A stretch of DNA of 64,000 nt, taken from contig OX597827.1 in NCBI GenBank assembly GCA_951406725.2, positions 78,182,001-78,246,000 on the forward strand, read 5' to 3'. Of this stretch, positions 1-12,372 are shown piece after piece. Each line of letters begins with the position of its first letter. Position 1 is the stretch's first letter. The notes below the pieces were generated by a model. That model saw only the letters and a list, made by a program, of their open reading frames with translations, had not been told where the DNA came from and searched no databases. The position numbers and the translations under genes are program-made. Source of the stretch: Octopus vulgaris (taxonomy: Eukaryota).

Positions 1-354
1 GCAAACACACACACACACTCATGCATGAACACGACTGACATAAACACTTTGCTTCTCCTTATACACACAGGGAAATAGGCTCACACACACACAAACTGGG
101 GAACAGGGGAGCGAGTAAGAAAGAAGCAAGAAGAGAACAAAAGAAACATTGCTATGTCAAATAAGTCAGTGTCACAACCGTAACAGCAATGCCAAACAGG
201 CGGCACCCAAATGCCTGGCTCTGAATGTCTCTTCACTAACCAACAGCTTTCCAATCTCACCATGTCACCTTCAAAAGATTCCATTGGCATCTGAGGAGTT
301 TCTTAAACACTGCATTGTCTCTGTTCAATTTGTAAACCAATTTATGGTGTGTAT

Positions 355-546
355 TCATCATCATCATCATCATCATCGTTTAACGTCCGCTTTCCATGCT
401 AGCATGGGTTGGACGGTTCAACTGGGGTCTGGGAAGCCCGAAGGCTGCACCAGGCCAGTCAGATCTGGCAGTGTTTCTACAGCTGGATGCCCTTCCTAAC
501 GCCAACCACTCCGTGAGTGTAGTGGGTGCTTTTTATGTGCCGGGTG
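355..546 (-). mobile_element. RTE-type 3' end fragment
   Basis: Same tail as 2650-2819. Further copies at about 17774-17903(+), 19328-19510(-), 24907-25230(-), 46633-46870(-), 48385-48607(+), 51050-51155(+) and 58740-58938(+). Confidence 0.75.
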
Positions 547-609
547 CCAGAAATAGTGAGGACCATCTCAACGCCCACTGGGGGTGGGGTGGGGGGTGGA
601 GCCCACTTT

Positions 610-945
610 GAGAGAACCTACGATGTATATACTTTGCTCTTCCCTCACAGACCATTCTTCTATCCCTAGCTTCTGTGTTGACCACTAAATAACAGATCGG
701 ACGGAACCCATGGAAATCTTTCTCCATGTTTACAAACGCTGGGTATAGAGTAATATTCCTAAATAGGTTTCTTACAATTGTCTCCATCAGAAGATGATAT
801 CACTGGATACCTTTTCCTACATTTTGCCCAGACTCGTCCTGTTCTGAGTTAATTTTGCTATAATTCTTCCAATAACTTTCATGACCTGCTCCAACAGGTC
901 GGTCCTTCTGTAGTTTTGTCTTTCTGCTGCATCTCTTCTGGTCTT
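610..945 (-). pseudogene. Decayed RTE-clade LINE reverse transcriptase fragment
   Basis: Minus-strand peptides NYRRTDLLEQVMKVIGRII, LYPAFVNMEKDFHG and KLGIEEWSVR resemble the RTE RT motifs NYRGIKLL..MK, AFVDLEKAFD and LGV.EWLVR. Confidence 0.7.
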
Positions 946-1068
946 GTAACAGTCTAGAACCATATTGCTATACAATTATTTATATATATATATATATATA
1001 TCAATCTACACACTTACTAAACAGCTGTTAATAGTAGAGTTCTATATTTAAGAGATGAGGAATTTGAC

Positions 1069-1208
1069 GGATATTTGTCCTCATCTTGTTTGTTGTTAAC
1101 ACATTTCGGCTCCAGCCTTCATCAGGCATCTGGCATAGTGGTTAAGAGGCACAGGCTACTAATCCCAAGATTCCGAGTTCGATTCCAGGCCGTGACCTGA
1201 ATAATAAA

Positions 1209-1254
<46 letters not shown>

Positions 1255-1373
1255 TCGAAAAATACCTAAGGAATGAGAACCCAGGTTCAAAATTTCCCCA
1301 AGATACCTGATGAAGGCTGGAGGGTATATCAGCCGAAACGTGTTAACAACAAACAAGATGAGGACAAATATCC
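1069..1373 (+). mobile_element. tRNA-headed, hammerhead-tailed non-autonomous retroelement with inverted terminal arms
   Basis: Inverted arms at 1069-1130 and 1302-1373, each carrying CTGATGA...GAAA. Internal A box TGGCATAGTGG (1131), B box GAGTTCGATTCC (1175), then (AAT)n. Confidence 0.7.
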
Positions 1374-2024
1374 TCATGTATAACATGCCATGTATCTCCA
1401 AGGACTTTTTTCTTCTGTTTTTGTTCTTGTTTTTTTTTTTACCTCATGTTTTCTCTTCATTATGAACTGAGTCTGAAAGATTGCTTGGAGATAGATGGCG
1501 GCAGGTTATATAAATCTGCCAATTTAAGGTATCTTAAAGCATGAAACTATTGCTCTCTCTTTGTAAATGTGTATATTAAATGATATTTATCTCTCTCTGA
1601 ATGGAACACATTTTTGTTGATCATGCCTATACTGGAACTGTAAACTATATATATATATATTATATTCTGAATATTCCAATGGCTCACAATGTATACCCAA
1701 TATTGTCCTTTTGCACACCCTCATGGTTTTCCACCCAAGGTATTTTAAAATGCATGATTATGTATTTATATATGTTTTGCAGTTTTAATTTTGGTTGTGA
1801 AATGAAACAATTATAGGTGAATGTGTTAATTTATTAATAAATTAATTTGTGTCCATTAGATTTCTCCACTTTCAAACTTAATGATATTTGATATTTTATG
1901 ATATTTTATATGGTATATTCATTGAAGAAATATCTCTTCAAGACACAATGTATTAAACCAGTATATCTTGGATAAAAAAATCCTTATAAGAGGTCTAAAT
2001 GTAACTATATATATATATTGCTAA

Positions 2025-2819
2025 GCTAGTATGAACCGCTGGATGTGTAATGTCAGTGTGCACACATGACAGAGTGTAAGTGCCCTGAAAGAAATATTAG
2101 ACATAAGAAGCATCGGATGTGGCGTGCAAGAGAGACGTTTGCATTGGTATGGTCATGTACTGTGGATGGACGGGGAGAGCTGTGTAAAGAAGTGCCACTC
2201 CCAAACAGTTGAAGAAATCTGGGGTAAAGATAGACCCAGGAAGACATGGGATGAGGTGGTGAAGCATGACCTTTGAACATTGGGCCTCAGACCTCTGTAG
2301 GTATGTTGTGACTGAGAAGACTCGGCAAATAAAGTGAATCCACAGCTATAACCTACACCAGTGTCATAACCAGCTCACTCAAAAGTACCTTAGATCGTAG
2401 GGTGACATGCCATGCTTGAGGAGACCTATTGAGTCAAGTACATCAACATCAACAACAACAGCGATATCAAAATTAAGTCAAACGGAAATTGTTGTTGTGA
2501 GCCCCATGCTGGTGGCACGTAAAAAGCACCATCTGAACATGGCTGATGCCAGTGCCGCTTTGACTGGCTTCTGTGCTGGTGGCACGTAAAAAGCACCATC
2601 CGATTGTGACTGATGCCAGCTCCTCTGGCCCCTGTGCTGGTGGTACATAAAAAGCACCCACTACACTCTTTGAGTGGTTGGTGGTAGGAAGGGCATCCAG
2701 CCGTAGAAACACTGCCAGATCAGATTGGGTCCTGGTACAGCCTCCTGGCTTCCTAGTCCTCAGTCGAACCGTCCAACCCATGCCAGCATGGAAAACGGAC
2801 GTTAAACGATGATGATGAT
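2025..2819 (+). mobile_element. 5'-truncated RTE LINE (ORF2 C-terminus, repeat-containing 3'UTR, (GAT)n tail)
   Basis: Encodes QERRLHWYGHVL and RPRKTWDEVVKHDL (RTE C-terminal motifs). The 3' end CATGGAAAACGGACGTTAAACGATGATGAT recurs throughout the window. Confidence 0.8.
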
Positions 2820-4275
2820 ATATGTTGTATCTGATAATTTCAATGTCCTCTTGACCATGTTCCTCCATTCTGACGTTGTTGATGGTAAATTTTCTCATAA
2901 AGCAGGCTGATCAAAATGACAAGTTGACATTGGTAAAGTGTTTGGTTGTTGTTTTTGCATCTTAAATCCTTTTAAATGCTCTGCCTTGAAAAAGTGTCAA
3001 TTTCAATGGTGATACACGGACATCTGTTGGCACCCTTCTGGACTTTAGTTTCTCACATTTTCCCCTTTAATTCCAGCTGTTTTGAGGGTTGACTTTAGCT
3101 GGTCATTGTCATGATCAAAAAAGCATCCTTTTCCTCTTCCCTGTGGTTAATTAATCAAAGATTCGACGAGGAAATCTCTCATCACAGCTGGTCTTTCATC
3201 CTGGTTGATTCTATCCTTCAACTGTTGACTTTTTTTCTGGAACACCAATCTTGCTTTTAAATAATCCCCCACCCACCGAAAATTACTGGCCTTGTGCCAA
3301 AAGCAATATTGATTTCAGATTTTGGCACAAGGCCAGCAATTTTGGGAGAGGGAATAAGTCAATTACATTGAACCCAGTGCTCAACTGGTCCTTATCTTAT
3401 TCACCCCAAAAGGATGAAAAGCAAAGTCGACCCTGGAGGAATTTGAACTCAGAATGTTAAAATGGACAAAATGCCGCTAAGCATTGTTGCCATGCATGCT
3501 AACAATTCTGCCATCTCACCACCTTAATTTCAAACCAACATTGAGCACCATCTCATATCCGGGCCATCACCCCCTTCTTTTTTCTGTTCATCACACTCTG
3601 TATATTCACTCCTACATACCTCAGATTCCGCCCTTGTAACTGAGCATTCCCCAACTCTTTGTACTGCCACTTACCACCTCCTCTTCCCTGGGCCCTTCCC
3701 TTGTTTGTAGGTTTGCTGCATCACCTCCTAACCTCCAACCATCTGTCACTCACCTCACCCTCTTCTAAATGTATCTGACCCTCTCTCACCCTATCCTCCT
3801 CATTTGTTCCCCCTCTCCCCCTGCCACCTTACATTCTCCTTCTTGTACCCTGACCCCTTAGCGTTCATATTACCCTGTCAAATGCAATCCTTATTTATAC
3901 CCATTGCTGTGAATTAATCCTGGATTATCTCTTAGCTTGAAGATTTTGATGTGATTGTTTATTTTTAGAATGACATTGTAAGACAGGTGTGAGAGCCCAG
4001 ATCTGTCCAGTTTGGACATAAGACAGGGAGAATATTTGGGACCAGATATGGCTAATTTAAATGCTAAAACATTAAGGGTGTGTCTTAATATCTCATCACT
4101 ACCATCTTTTGTTCTCCTTCCTCAGTTGGGGTAGCCATGTATCTCCTCCACAGCAAGGTACCTACCTACTCCCATCCCTCTATCATTCTCCTTTCTCCCA
4201 ACACCTGGCACCCCTTCAATACTAAGTGAATGTCAAGGGGTCTTATCTTGTGAGCCACTTGGTGACATTACTAGA

Positions 4276-4661
4276 CTGGGAAGCACTCCGTCGATTACGA
4301 CGACAAGGGTTCCGGTTGATCCGATCAACGGAACAGCCTGCTCGTGAAATTAACGTGTAAGTGGCTGAGCACTCCACAGACACGTGTACACTTAACATAG
4401 TTCTCAGGGATATTCAGCGTGACACAGAGAGTGACAAGGCCGGCTCTTTGAAATACAGGTACAACAGAAACAGGAAGTAAGAGTGAGAGAAAGTTGTGGT
4501 GAAAGAGTACAGCAGGGATCACCACCATCCCCTGCCGGAGCCTCGTGGAGCTTTAGGTGTTTTTGCTCAATAAACACTCTAATGCCCGGTCTGGGATTCG
4601 AAACCACGATCCTACGACCGCGAGTCCTCAGCCCTAACCACTGGGTCATTGCGCCTCCACC
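4276..4661 (-). mobile_element. Full-length tRNA-derived SINE (family C) with 12-bp TSD
   Basis: A/B-box head at about 4590-4658. Perfect TSD GACATTACTAGA at 4264-4275 and 4662-4673. Highly similar to 37505-37890. Confidence 0.9.
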
Positions 4662-4928
4662 GACATTACTAGAGCCAGTGACATGAATAAGCATTGGAAC
4701 CAGTCCACTCTGTAAAGGGGTTGGCATTAAGACATCCAGCCCTTTGAAACCATATCCACATAGACATTGGAGTTTGACATAGTTCCTTGACCTGTTGAAT
4801 CTTGTGAAACTGTCCGATCCATACGAGCATGGAATATGGACACTAAATGACGACGACGGTGTTGAGAGATATTGATGTTTGTTTTTAAGTTGAGTTATAA
4901 ATATAAAGAGTTTGCCATTAACCTAAAG

Positions 4929-5147
4929 CAGTGGTTTTCAACCAGGGTTCCGCGGAACCTTAGGGTTCTGCCAATACAGTCCAGGGGTTCTGCAAGAAGT
5001 TACAAAAATGCTAAAATCGGCAGTAGTTTTTAATTCTCCTGTGCAGATATGTGTGCATAAGACTATCAAATTATTGCGCAGGGGTTCCTCGAGCCAGTGG
5101 AATGTTTCCTTGGGGTTCCGCTCCAGCAAAAAGTTTGAAAAGCACTG
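4929..5147. mobile_element. hAT (Charlie-like) MITE
   Basis: TIRs CAGTGGTTTTCAA / TTGAAAAGCACTG. Perfect 8-bp TSD ACCTAAAG at 4921-4928 and 5148-5155. Confidence 0.9.
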
Positions 5148-5191
5148 ACCTAAAGAATAGATTACGTCATGCTTTTTGCTAGAGTATATAT

Positions 5192-5437
5192 CATGCATAG
5201 GAAATCTATGGCCCGCGGGCTGCATGCGGCCCTCGACATGTTGTTGTGTGGCCCCTCACCGAGTTCCTAGGTTACTAATTTCATACTAAGACAAATAAAA
5301 TTAAGAATTGCAAAAAATTCAGTGTAAATTGGGAAAGTAATATTTCATGCCTATGTGTTTTATTACACAGCCCTCTCCCACTTGGAAATACTACGATGTG
5401 CCCCCGGCCCCAGCTGACGAAAGGTTGCCCATCCCTG
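5192..5437. mobile_element. hAT (Charlie-like) MITE, older
   Basis: End GGTTGCCCATCCCTG, subterminal GGCCCGCGGGC..GCGGCCC, TSD GTATATAT/GTGTATAT. Confidence 0.7.
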
Positions 5438-5710
5438 GTGTATATCTTTTGTGTTTCACTCCCTTCGGTCATCAGACTGCAGCCAGCCTTGGCTGCCACC
5501 TCGGGCAGTTTTCCTCCAGTACTTATTTCTGTTTGTTTAACCTTTCTGTCAGTCTCTTTTGGTGAGCTTCTAAGTTACAGGGACGTAAACACACCAACAC
5601 TGGTTTTCAAGTGACACACACACACACACGCATGTATGCATGTATACACGATGAGCTTCTTTCAGTTTCCATCTACCAAGATTATAGTAGAATACACAGA
5701 CATACATATA

Positions 5711-5754
<44 letters not shown>

Positions 5755-5777
5755 CACACATATACTCACACACACAT

Positions 5778-5827
<50 letters not shown>

Positions 5828-6679
5828 GTATGTGTGTATGTATGTGTGTGTGTGAGTATCAATGTGTGTGTCAAGGAGCTATACTCCTTTAAGAGATGCT
5901 GGTGTTGAGATCCCAGTTCTCCGGGGTTTCTCAGGTGAAAACTGAATATTTTAGTCTTACATTGATATATATATATATATATATGTATAATATTGTGTGT
6001 GTATGTATGTGTATTAAAACGTGTGTGCAAATGTATCAGTGGGATTGTATGAATTCAATGCGTGTGGTCGTTGGAGTTTTATCTTGGTTTGTCAACAGCT
6101 TCGTCTGTAGTAAGATGTATGTTCTTATGTCTGTGTGTGTGTGTGCGCGAGCGTGTGCGTGTGTGTGTGTGTGTGTGCGCGTGCGTGTGTGTGTGTGTGT
6201 GCATATATGTTCTGCACCCTTGTCTGTGTGCGTGAGATTGACATCGTAAGTCTTGATGCTTGCTTGCGCTGGTGTGTCTTGCGTGTGGATGAGAGCAGCA
6301 CTTATATGTGTGTGTGTGTGTGTTTAGCTGCGAGTGTGTGTGTGTGGGAGAGTGTGCGTATGTGTTGATGTGTATGCTGGAGACCGTTCTTGTGTTTGCG
6401 TTGAAGGTGGATGGGTGCGTGTGTGGGCATGTGTGCGCGTCTGTGTGTGTGTGTGTGTGTGTGTGCGCGTGTGTGTGTGTGTGTGCGCGTCTGTGTGTGT
6501 GTAAACGTGGAGGCTGAGCGGTGTTGGTGGTAGTCTTGAAGCTGAACGTCTGTATGTGTGTGTCTGTATGTATGTGTACGTGTGCCTGTATGTATCTGTA
6601 TGTGTGTATTTGTGTGTATGTGTGGGTGTGTGAAAGACGGGGGTTTATGTGTAAAAAGGAGGTGTATGATTGCCTCTCA

Positions 6680-7742
6680 CCCTTCCCCCCTACGTGTGAA
6701 CATGTGTTAGAAGGGGGCGGGAGGAGAGGAAGGAAGGAAGAAGACGGGGGTGACGAGGGGTGGTGTGAACGACTGAGTGGGGGGGGGGGTACGGCGGATG
6801 AGGGATGAACGAGGTGGGGGTGTGGGGTGAGGGGAGGTCGTTGATCGAAAATGTAAACAGAAGGAAAGATAATAGACGCTCGCCACCCCGCTGCCACCCA
6901 CCCCCGGCCTATCCTGGGTGGTGATGCAGTGTCTGGGGTAGGACAGGGAAACGTGGCGGTGGCGGTGGAGGCGGCGGCGGCGGCAAGGGGAAATAGTTAA
7001 TTCAGCACCCGTCAGCCTTATTGTTAACTTCTCTGCCGACATGCACCGCCCAAATAATCCACACCAGACGGTGGGGACGGCGAGGATGGTGTTGCCATGG
7101 CGGTGGTGATGGCGGCGGCGGTGGTGTTGGTGGAGACGGTGCTATATGTGTAAAAATGATGGCGGGGACGACGGGGAATGGTCGTATTTGGCAGTGGCGA
7201 TGGTGGCGGTAGAGGCAGAGATGGTGTCATAGTGGCGGCGGCGGTGATGGTGAAGATGGAATATGGGTATATCGATGGTGGTGGTGGTGGTGGTGCTGGT
7301 GGAGATGGTGTTGTATTGGCGGCGGCGTTGGTGGTGGTGCTAACGACTCGATATCGGTATATCGATGATGACAGTGGTGATGATGGTGGAGACGGTGGTT
7401 TTTATTGGTAAGGATGGTGGCGGGGGGGGGGAAGGACGAGGATGGTCATATGAGGTGGTAGACGGTGGTGGTGGCGGCGGAGTTGGTGTGTTTATTGGGA
7501 AGGATTGTGCTGGGGGGGGGATGGTGGCAAAAACAGTAAACTATTGGTGATGGGGGTGGTGGTTGGGGGTGATGGTGAGATGGTGGCGGTGTCGTTGTCG
7601 TATATTGGTATATCGGTGGTGGTGGTGGTGGTGGTGGTGGTGGTAAAGATGGCGTTGCATTTGTGGCGGCAGCGGTGATGATGATGATGATGGAATATTG
7701 GTTTATTGATGTAGGTAGGTTGTGGTGATATAGTTGGTGCGT

Positions 7743-7809
<67 letters not shown>

Positions 7810-7906
7810 GTGTGTGCGTGTATATATATGTATATATATATATATATATTTGGATTTATTCCCTAATATTTATTATTATATATATATATATATGCATATA
7901 TATATA

Positions 7907-7941
<35 letters not shown>

Positions 7942-7952
7942 GCATATATATG

Positions 7953-8009
<57 letters not shown>

Positions 8010-9125
8010 TGGTGAGAATAGTGGTAGGGGATAACAAAAAACTGTTATATTGGTGGGATGGCGGTGATGGGGATGGTGTCAAAATTGACGAGGGCGGAGG
8101 TGAGAATGGCGAGGATTGTGTTGTATTGGTGGTTGTGTTGATGGTGTTGGTGGTGCTGGTGACGGTGGTGGTGGTAATGTTGGAAATAGGTGTTGTTATA
8201 TACGTTTCGCCCCAGGTCAGCCCTAATCAAACAGACCTATGATCTATCTCATTCAAGCCGTGACCATCCACCATTACTTCCTACAAACGCACAGGCAATG
8301 CACATTCGGATAAATCTAATTCATCCTTTTGTATTTCAAGACAATAGGACGTGAGTTTAGGGAGGTTCGGCTGTTGTTTCTAGCAGGCCAGGCAACCACG
8401 TTGAAGCGCCTTCTTTGGATTATGAATAGGGGGATGGAGACGGAGGTGTGGAGGTAGGTGGTTGTAATAGCGATGAAGGCGGTGGTGAAGGGAGGTTGAT
8501 TTTGGTAGTGGTGGTGGTGGTGGTGATGGTGAAGACGTCGCTGATGATGATGATAATGATGATGACTATGATAGTAGTGGTGGTGATGGTTCTGGCGCGC
8601 GCGTGCGTTTCTGCGGAACGTGATGGTGGCGGCGGTGAAGCTGCAGCAGATATTGTAGTGGTTGTAGCGCAGAAGATGATTGCGGTGGCGGCGGTGGTGG
8701 TGGTGGTGGTGACGTGGAACTGTAATTGGTGGCAGTCACTATAGTGGTGGTGGTGGTGGCGATGGAGGTTGCTGCTGCTGCTGCTGGGAAGGGGAGGGTG
8801 TTGTAGCGGTAACGTGCGGACAGGGAGGAGGAGGAAGGAGGAAGAATAGAAGACGACGACAGCGACGGCGAGGGGGGGGACGGTTGATTGTATGCGAAGA
8901 GTGAAGTGAGAAGGGGGCAGGGGGGGAAGCAAAGCAATATCGCGCGTCCCCCCTCTCTCCTCCCACCACCACTACCACTACCAGCGCCTCCGTCGTTGTT
9001 TCACGCTGGGAATAGCGAAAACAATTATAAACAGAAAAATGTTGGTGTTGATAGCAGACGGCTGGCGTTATGAATGAAAATATAATATAGCCCCCACCTC
9101 ACCCCACCCCTCGCTTCCTCCCGTC
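6680..9125. promoter_or_regulatory. CpG-rich, GGT/GGC low-complexity island (possible promoter or enhancer region)
   Basis: Strong local CpG and GC enrichment against a CpG-poor background. Unique patches at about 6830-7060 and 8800-9120. No coding signal. Confidence 0.3.
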
Positions 9126-9361
9126 ATTCATTCATATCTATATGGCGATGTATGTAGACGCGTGAAATACAGCCATACATGCATTTATGGATGTATAAAT
9201 ATGCATACACACACATACGTATATATACATACACACACACACACATATTTATATACGTATATATATATATATATATACACACATATTTATATATGTATAT
9301 ATATACATATACACACACATATTTACATGTGTCTATATATATATATACACATATTTACATA

Positions 9362-9392
<31 letters not shown>

Positions 9393-9473
9393 TTGTGTAT
9401 ATTATATAGCTGTCTATCTATCTATCTATCTATATCTATATATATATATATACACACAGTTATATAAACATAC

Positions 9474-9520
<47 letters not shown>

Positions 9521-10009
9521 TGCATATATAGGTACAGGACGTCACCAACGGTGCAAATAACATGAAATACGTAAACAAACGAAGGAAAAATGGAAAACAA
9601 AACAAAAAGTTATATATATATTTATATATATATATAAACATAAATTTGCGGCGATGCTGGGGCACCACCTTAAAGGTTTTTAGTCGAGCAAATTCTGTAT
9701 ATACGTTATTCTATTCTCCAGAATATTTCTACACATTCTGGTCACCACCCTGTCATCGACAGATCTAAACGGCATCGTCTCCGTATACAATGTGTTTGGA
9801 GGCAGAAAAGGTGGTGGTGAGGGAAATTCCAGAGTGGTTTCAGTCCTGTGTTGGGATATTATCAATAATTGAGTCACCTGCTCTTTAACTCTCCATGGAG
9901 TCTCCATATACATGTATAGACTTACATACACACACGTATATACGTGTAAGTATATACACACACAAATATGTGCATTGCTTAATGTCGTGCGAATGGGTGG
10001 TGCTAAATT

Positions 10010-10621
10010 CTTTTCTACTATAGGCACAAGGCCCGAAATTTGGTGGGAAGGGGCCAGTCGATTAGATCGACTCCAGTACGCAACTGGTACTTAATTTATC
10101 GACTCCGAAAGGATGAAAGGCAAAGTGGACGACGGCGGAATTTGAACTCAGATCGTAGACAGACGAAATACGGCAAAACATTTCGTCCGGCGTGCTAACG
10201 TTTCTTATTTTTTTACTACGCACAAGGGGTTACACACAGAGGGGACAAACAAGGACAGAAAAACGGATTAAGTCGATTATATCGATCCCAGTGCGTAACT
10301 GGTTCTTATTTAATCGACCCCGAAAAGATGAAAGGCAAAGTCGACCTCGGCGGAATTTGAACTCAGAACGTAGCGGCAAACGAAATACCTATTTCTTTAC
10401 TACCTAAAAGGGGCTAAACACAGAGAGGACAAACAAGGACAGACAAACGGATTAAGTCGATTATATCTATCCCAGTGCGTAACTGGTACTTATTTAATCG
10501 ACCCCGAAAGGATGAAAGGCAAAGTCGACCTCGGCGGAATTTGAACTCAGAACGTAACGGCAGACGAAATACGGCTACGTATTTCGTCCGGCGTGCTAAC
10601 GTTTCTGCCAGCTCGCCGCCC
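10010..10621 (-). mobile_element. Head-to-tail trimer of tRNA-derived SINE family B (Deu/Nin-like central domain)
   Basis: Three units with GAGTTCAAATTCCGCCGAGGTCGACTTTGCCTTTCATCCTTTCGGGGTCGAT..GTACCAG. Other copies at 3320-3523, 27900-28092, 34921-35158, 46895-47126 (-) and 38262-38600, 41824-42050, 44655-44895, 54281-54505 (+). The Deu assignment is from recalled similarity. Confidence 0.8.
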
Positions 10622-10663
10622 TAGAGGAGTGCTAAACTGTATTGAAAGTGAAGCAAAGGGTTT

Positions 10664-10708
10664 GTCTCGTGACTCCAGTTTCATGCTACTGCGATCATCA
10701 GGCGAGAC
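10664..10708 (-). ncRNA. Minimal type I hammerhead ribozyme motif
   Basis: Minus strand reads GTCTCGC-CTGATGA-TCGC(AGTA)GCAT-GAAAC(TGGA)GTC-ACGAGAC. Intact core, GUC triplet, 6-bp stem I, weakened stem II. Confidence 0.65.
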
Positions 10709-10909
10709 TAACAAGACTCGGTACTGGTGATGTATATATATCCATTGATATTTGGGGGTGACCTGGTACTTGTGTTATGCCATTCGCTGTATGTTGTTCC
10801 AGTGTTACGGTGTTTGTATTTTCATGCAATTGTAGGTGGGGTGGGGAGTTCTGAATTTGTGTGTGGTAAGCAGAGGGCAGATGGCCTAGTTTGTATTCCG
10901 TTATACTTT

Positions 10910-11300
10910 TATTCTTTTACTTGTTTCAGGCATTTGACTGCGGCCATGCTGGAGCACCGCCTTTTAGTCGAACTAATCGACCCCAGGATTTATTCTTTGT
11001 AAGCCTAGTACTTATTCTATCGGTTGCCTTTTGCCGAACCGCTCAGTTATAGGGACATAAACACACCAGCATCGGTTGTCAGGCGATGGTGGAGGGAGAA
11101 ACACAGACACACAAATACATACACACACACGCATATCTATCTATGGGCTTCTTTTCTGTTTCCGCCTACCAAATTTACTCATAAGGCTTTGGTCAGCCCG
11201 AAGCCATAGTAGAAGACACTTGTCCAAGGTGCCACGCAGTGGGACTGAACCCAAACCCGTGTGGTTGGAAATCGAACTTCTTACCACACACCTACTCCTA
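10910..11300 (-). mobile_element. SINE family A copy
   Basis: Reverse complement of 28251-28645. Confidence 0.85.
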
Positions 11301-11902
11301 TATATATATTTTTTTTATTTCTTTACTTGAGCAATTTCTCCCGTGTCTCTGTACATGCGGAGTATTTCAGTTGAGTGTGTGTGTGATGTTTGTCAGCTAA
11401 TCCTACTCCAATCAATCAGCCGAGAAAAACCTTACATGCAGACACACACGCACACACACAAAGAAAATGTTGCTGAAATACACAAATAGATAAAACCATT
11501 GACCACGTATACATACATTTCATCTAGAAAAATAGCAAACCAACTGACTGCACCCACCCAACCATGTATACACACATGCACACACCACCGCCTACCCCTG
11601 TACATACACCCGTTTCTTTTTGTTTCAAATTGAATATCCAAGGCATTCAAACACAGAGGCTAACATTTACTCAAGTAAATAAATGAACAGAAAGTATACA
11701 AATAAAACTAAAACATCCACCGCCAACCTACTAATTTTCCATAAAGAAATGAATAATAGCCCCTCTCCCCACACCGCCACCTACTTGCGCGAAAATTCAA
11801 ATACCGTGCCACCCGGTATAAGATACAACCACTGGTGTAACACAACTCCCAGACCAACCACATCAGCAGATATGTAAACACGCCAATACCGAGTTCTGTT
11901 AG

Positions 11903-11945
11903 TTTCGCCTGATGATCGTCCTGGCGTGAAACTGGGTTCGTGAGA
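11903..11945 (+). ncRNA. Minimal type I hammerhead motif, sister copy of 10664-10708
   Basis: TTTCGC-CTGATGA-TCGT(CCTG)GCGT-GAAACTGGGTTC-GTGAGA. Intact core, stem I pairs with G-U wobbles, stem III degenerate. Confidence 0.6.
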
Positions 11946-12032
11946 AAAACTCTCTTCACCTTGTGTGTGTGTCATGTGGGATCTTTAGCCCCTACACGCA
12001 ATTTTTTTCTCTCCTTGTTTCTTTTCTGTGTA

Positions 12033-12070
12033 TCTTTCTGTCGAAGAGCGTAGGCTCGAAACGTAAAAGA
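12033..12070 (+). ncRNA. Degenerate minimal hammerhead motif in a Penelope-like terminal fragment
   Basis: TCTTT-CTGTCGA-A-GAGC(GTAG)GCTC-GAAACGTA-AAAGA. Perfect stems I and II, palindromic ACGT stem III, core A6 changed to U. Confidence 0.6.
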
Positions 12071-12165
12071 CTTGTTTTATTTCTATTCCTGAGCGCCATA
12101 CTAATACATTGTTTGTTTGTACTCCACCTGCCTTCGTCTTTTGTTTATTTTCGTAAACCTTCCCG

Positions 12166-12208
<43 letters not shown>

Positions 12209-12326
12209 GTCCATTCATAAGGTTTTGGTCGGCCCAGAGCTTTAGTTGAAGAGAGTTACACAAAGTTCCACGCAGTAGAACTGTACCCAAAACCATGTGG
12301 TTGGGAACCAGGCTTTTTAACCAAAC

Positions 12327-12372
<46 letters not shown>

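Noticed and set aside
169-179. GGTTGTGACAC 11-mer shared with 42528-42538, with partial matches at 29362 and 41271
   Set aside because: A TALE-like TGACA motif is plausible, but a match of this length is expected by chance in 64 kb.
6079-6897. 272-aa His/Thr/Pro-rich ORF and the many YI/CV/HT-repeat ORFs
   Set aside because: Translations of (TG)n, (TA)n and (GGT)n microsatellites.
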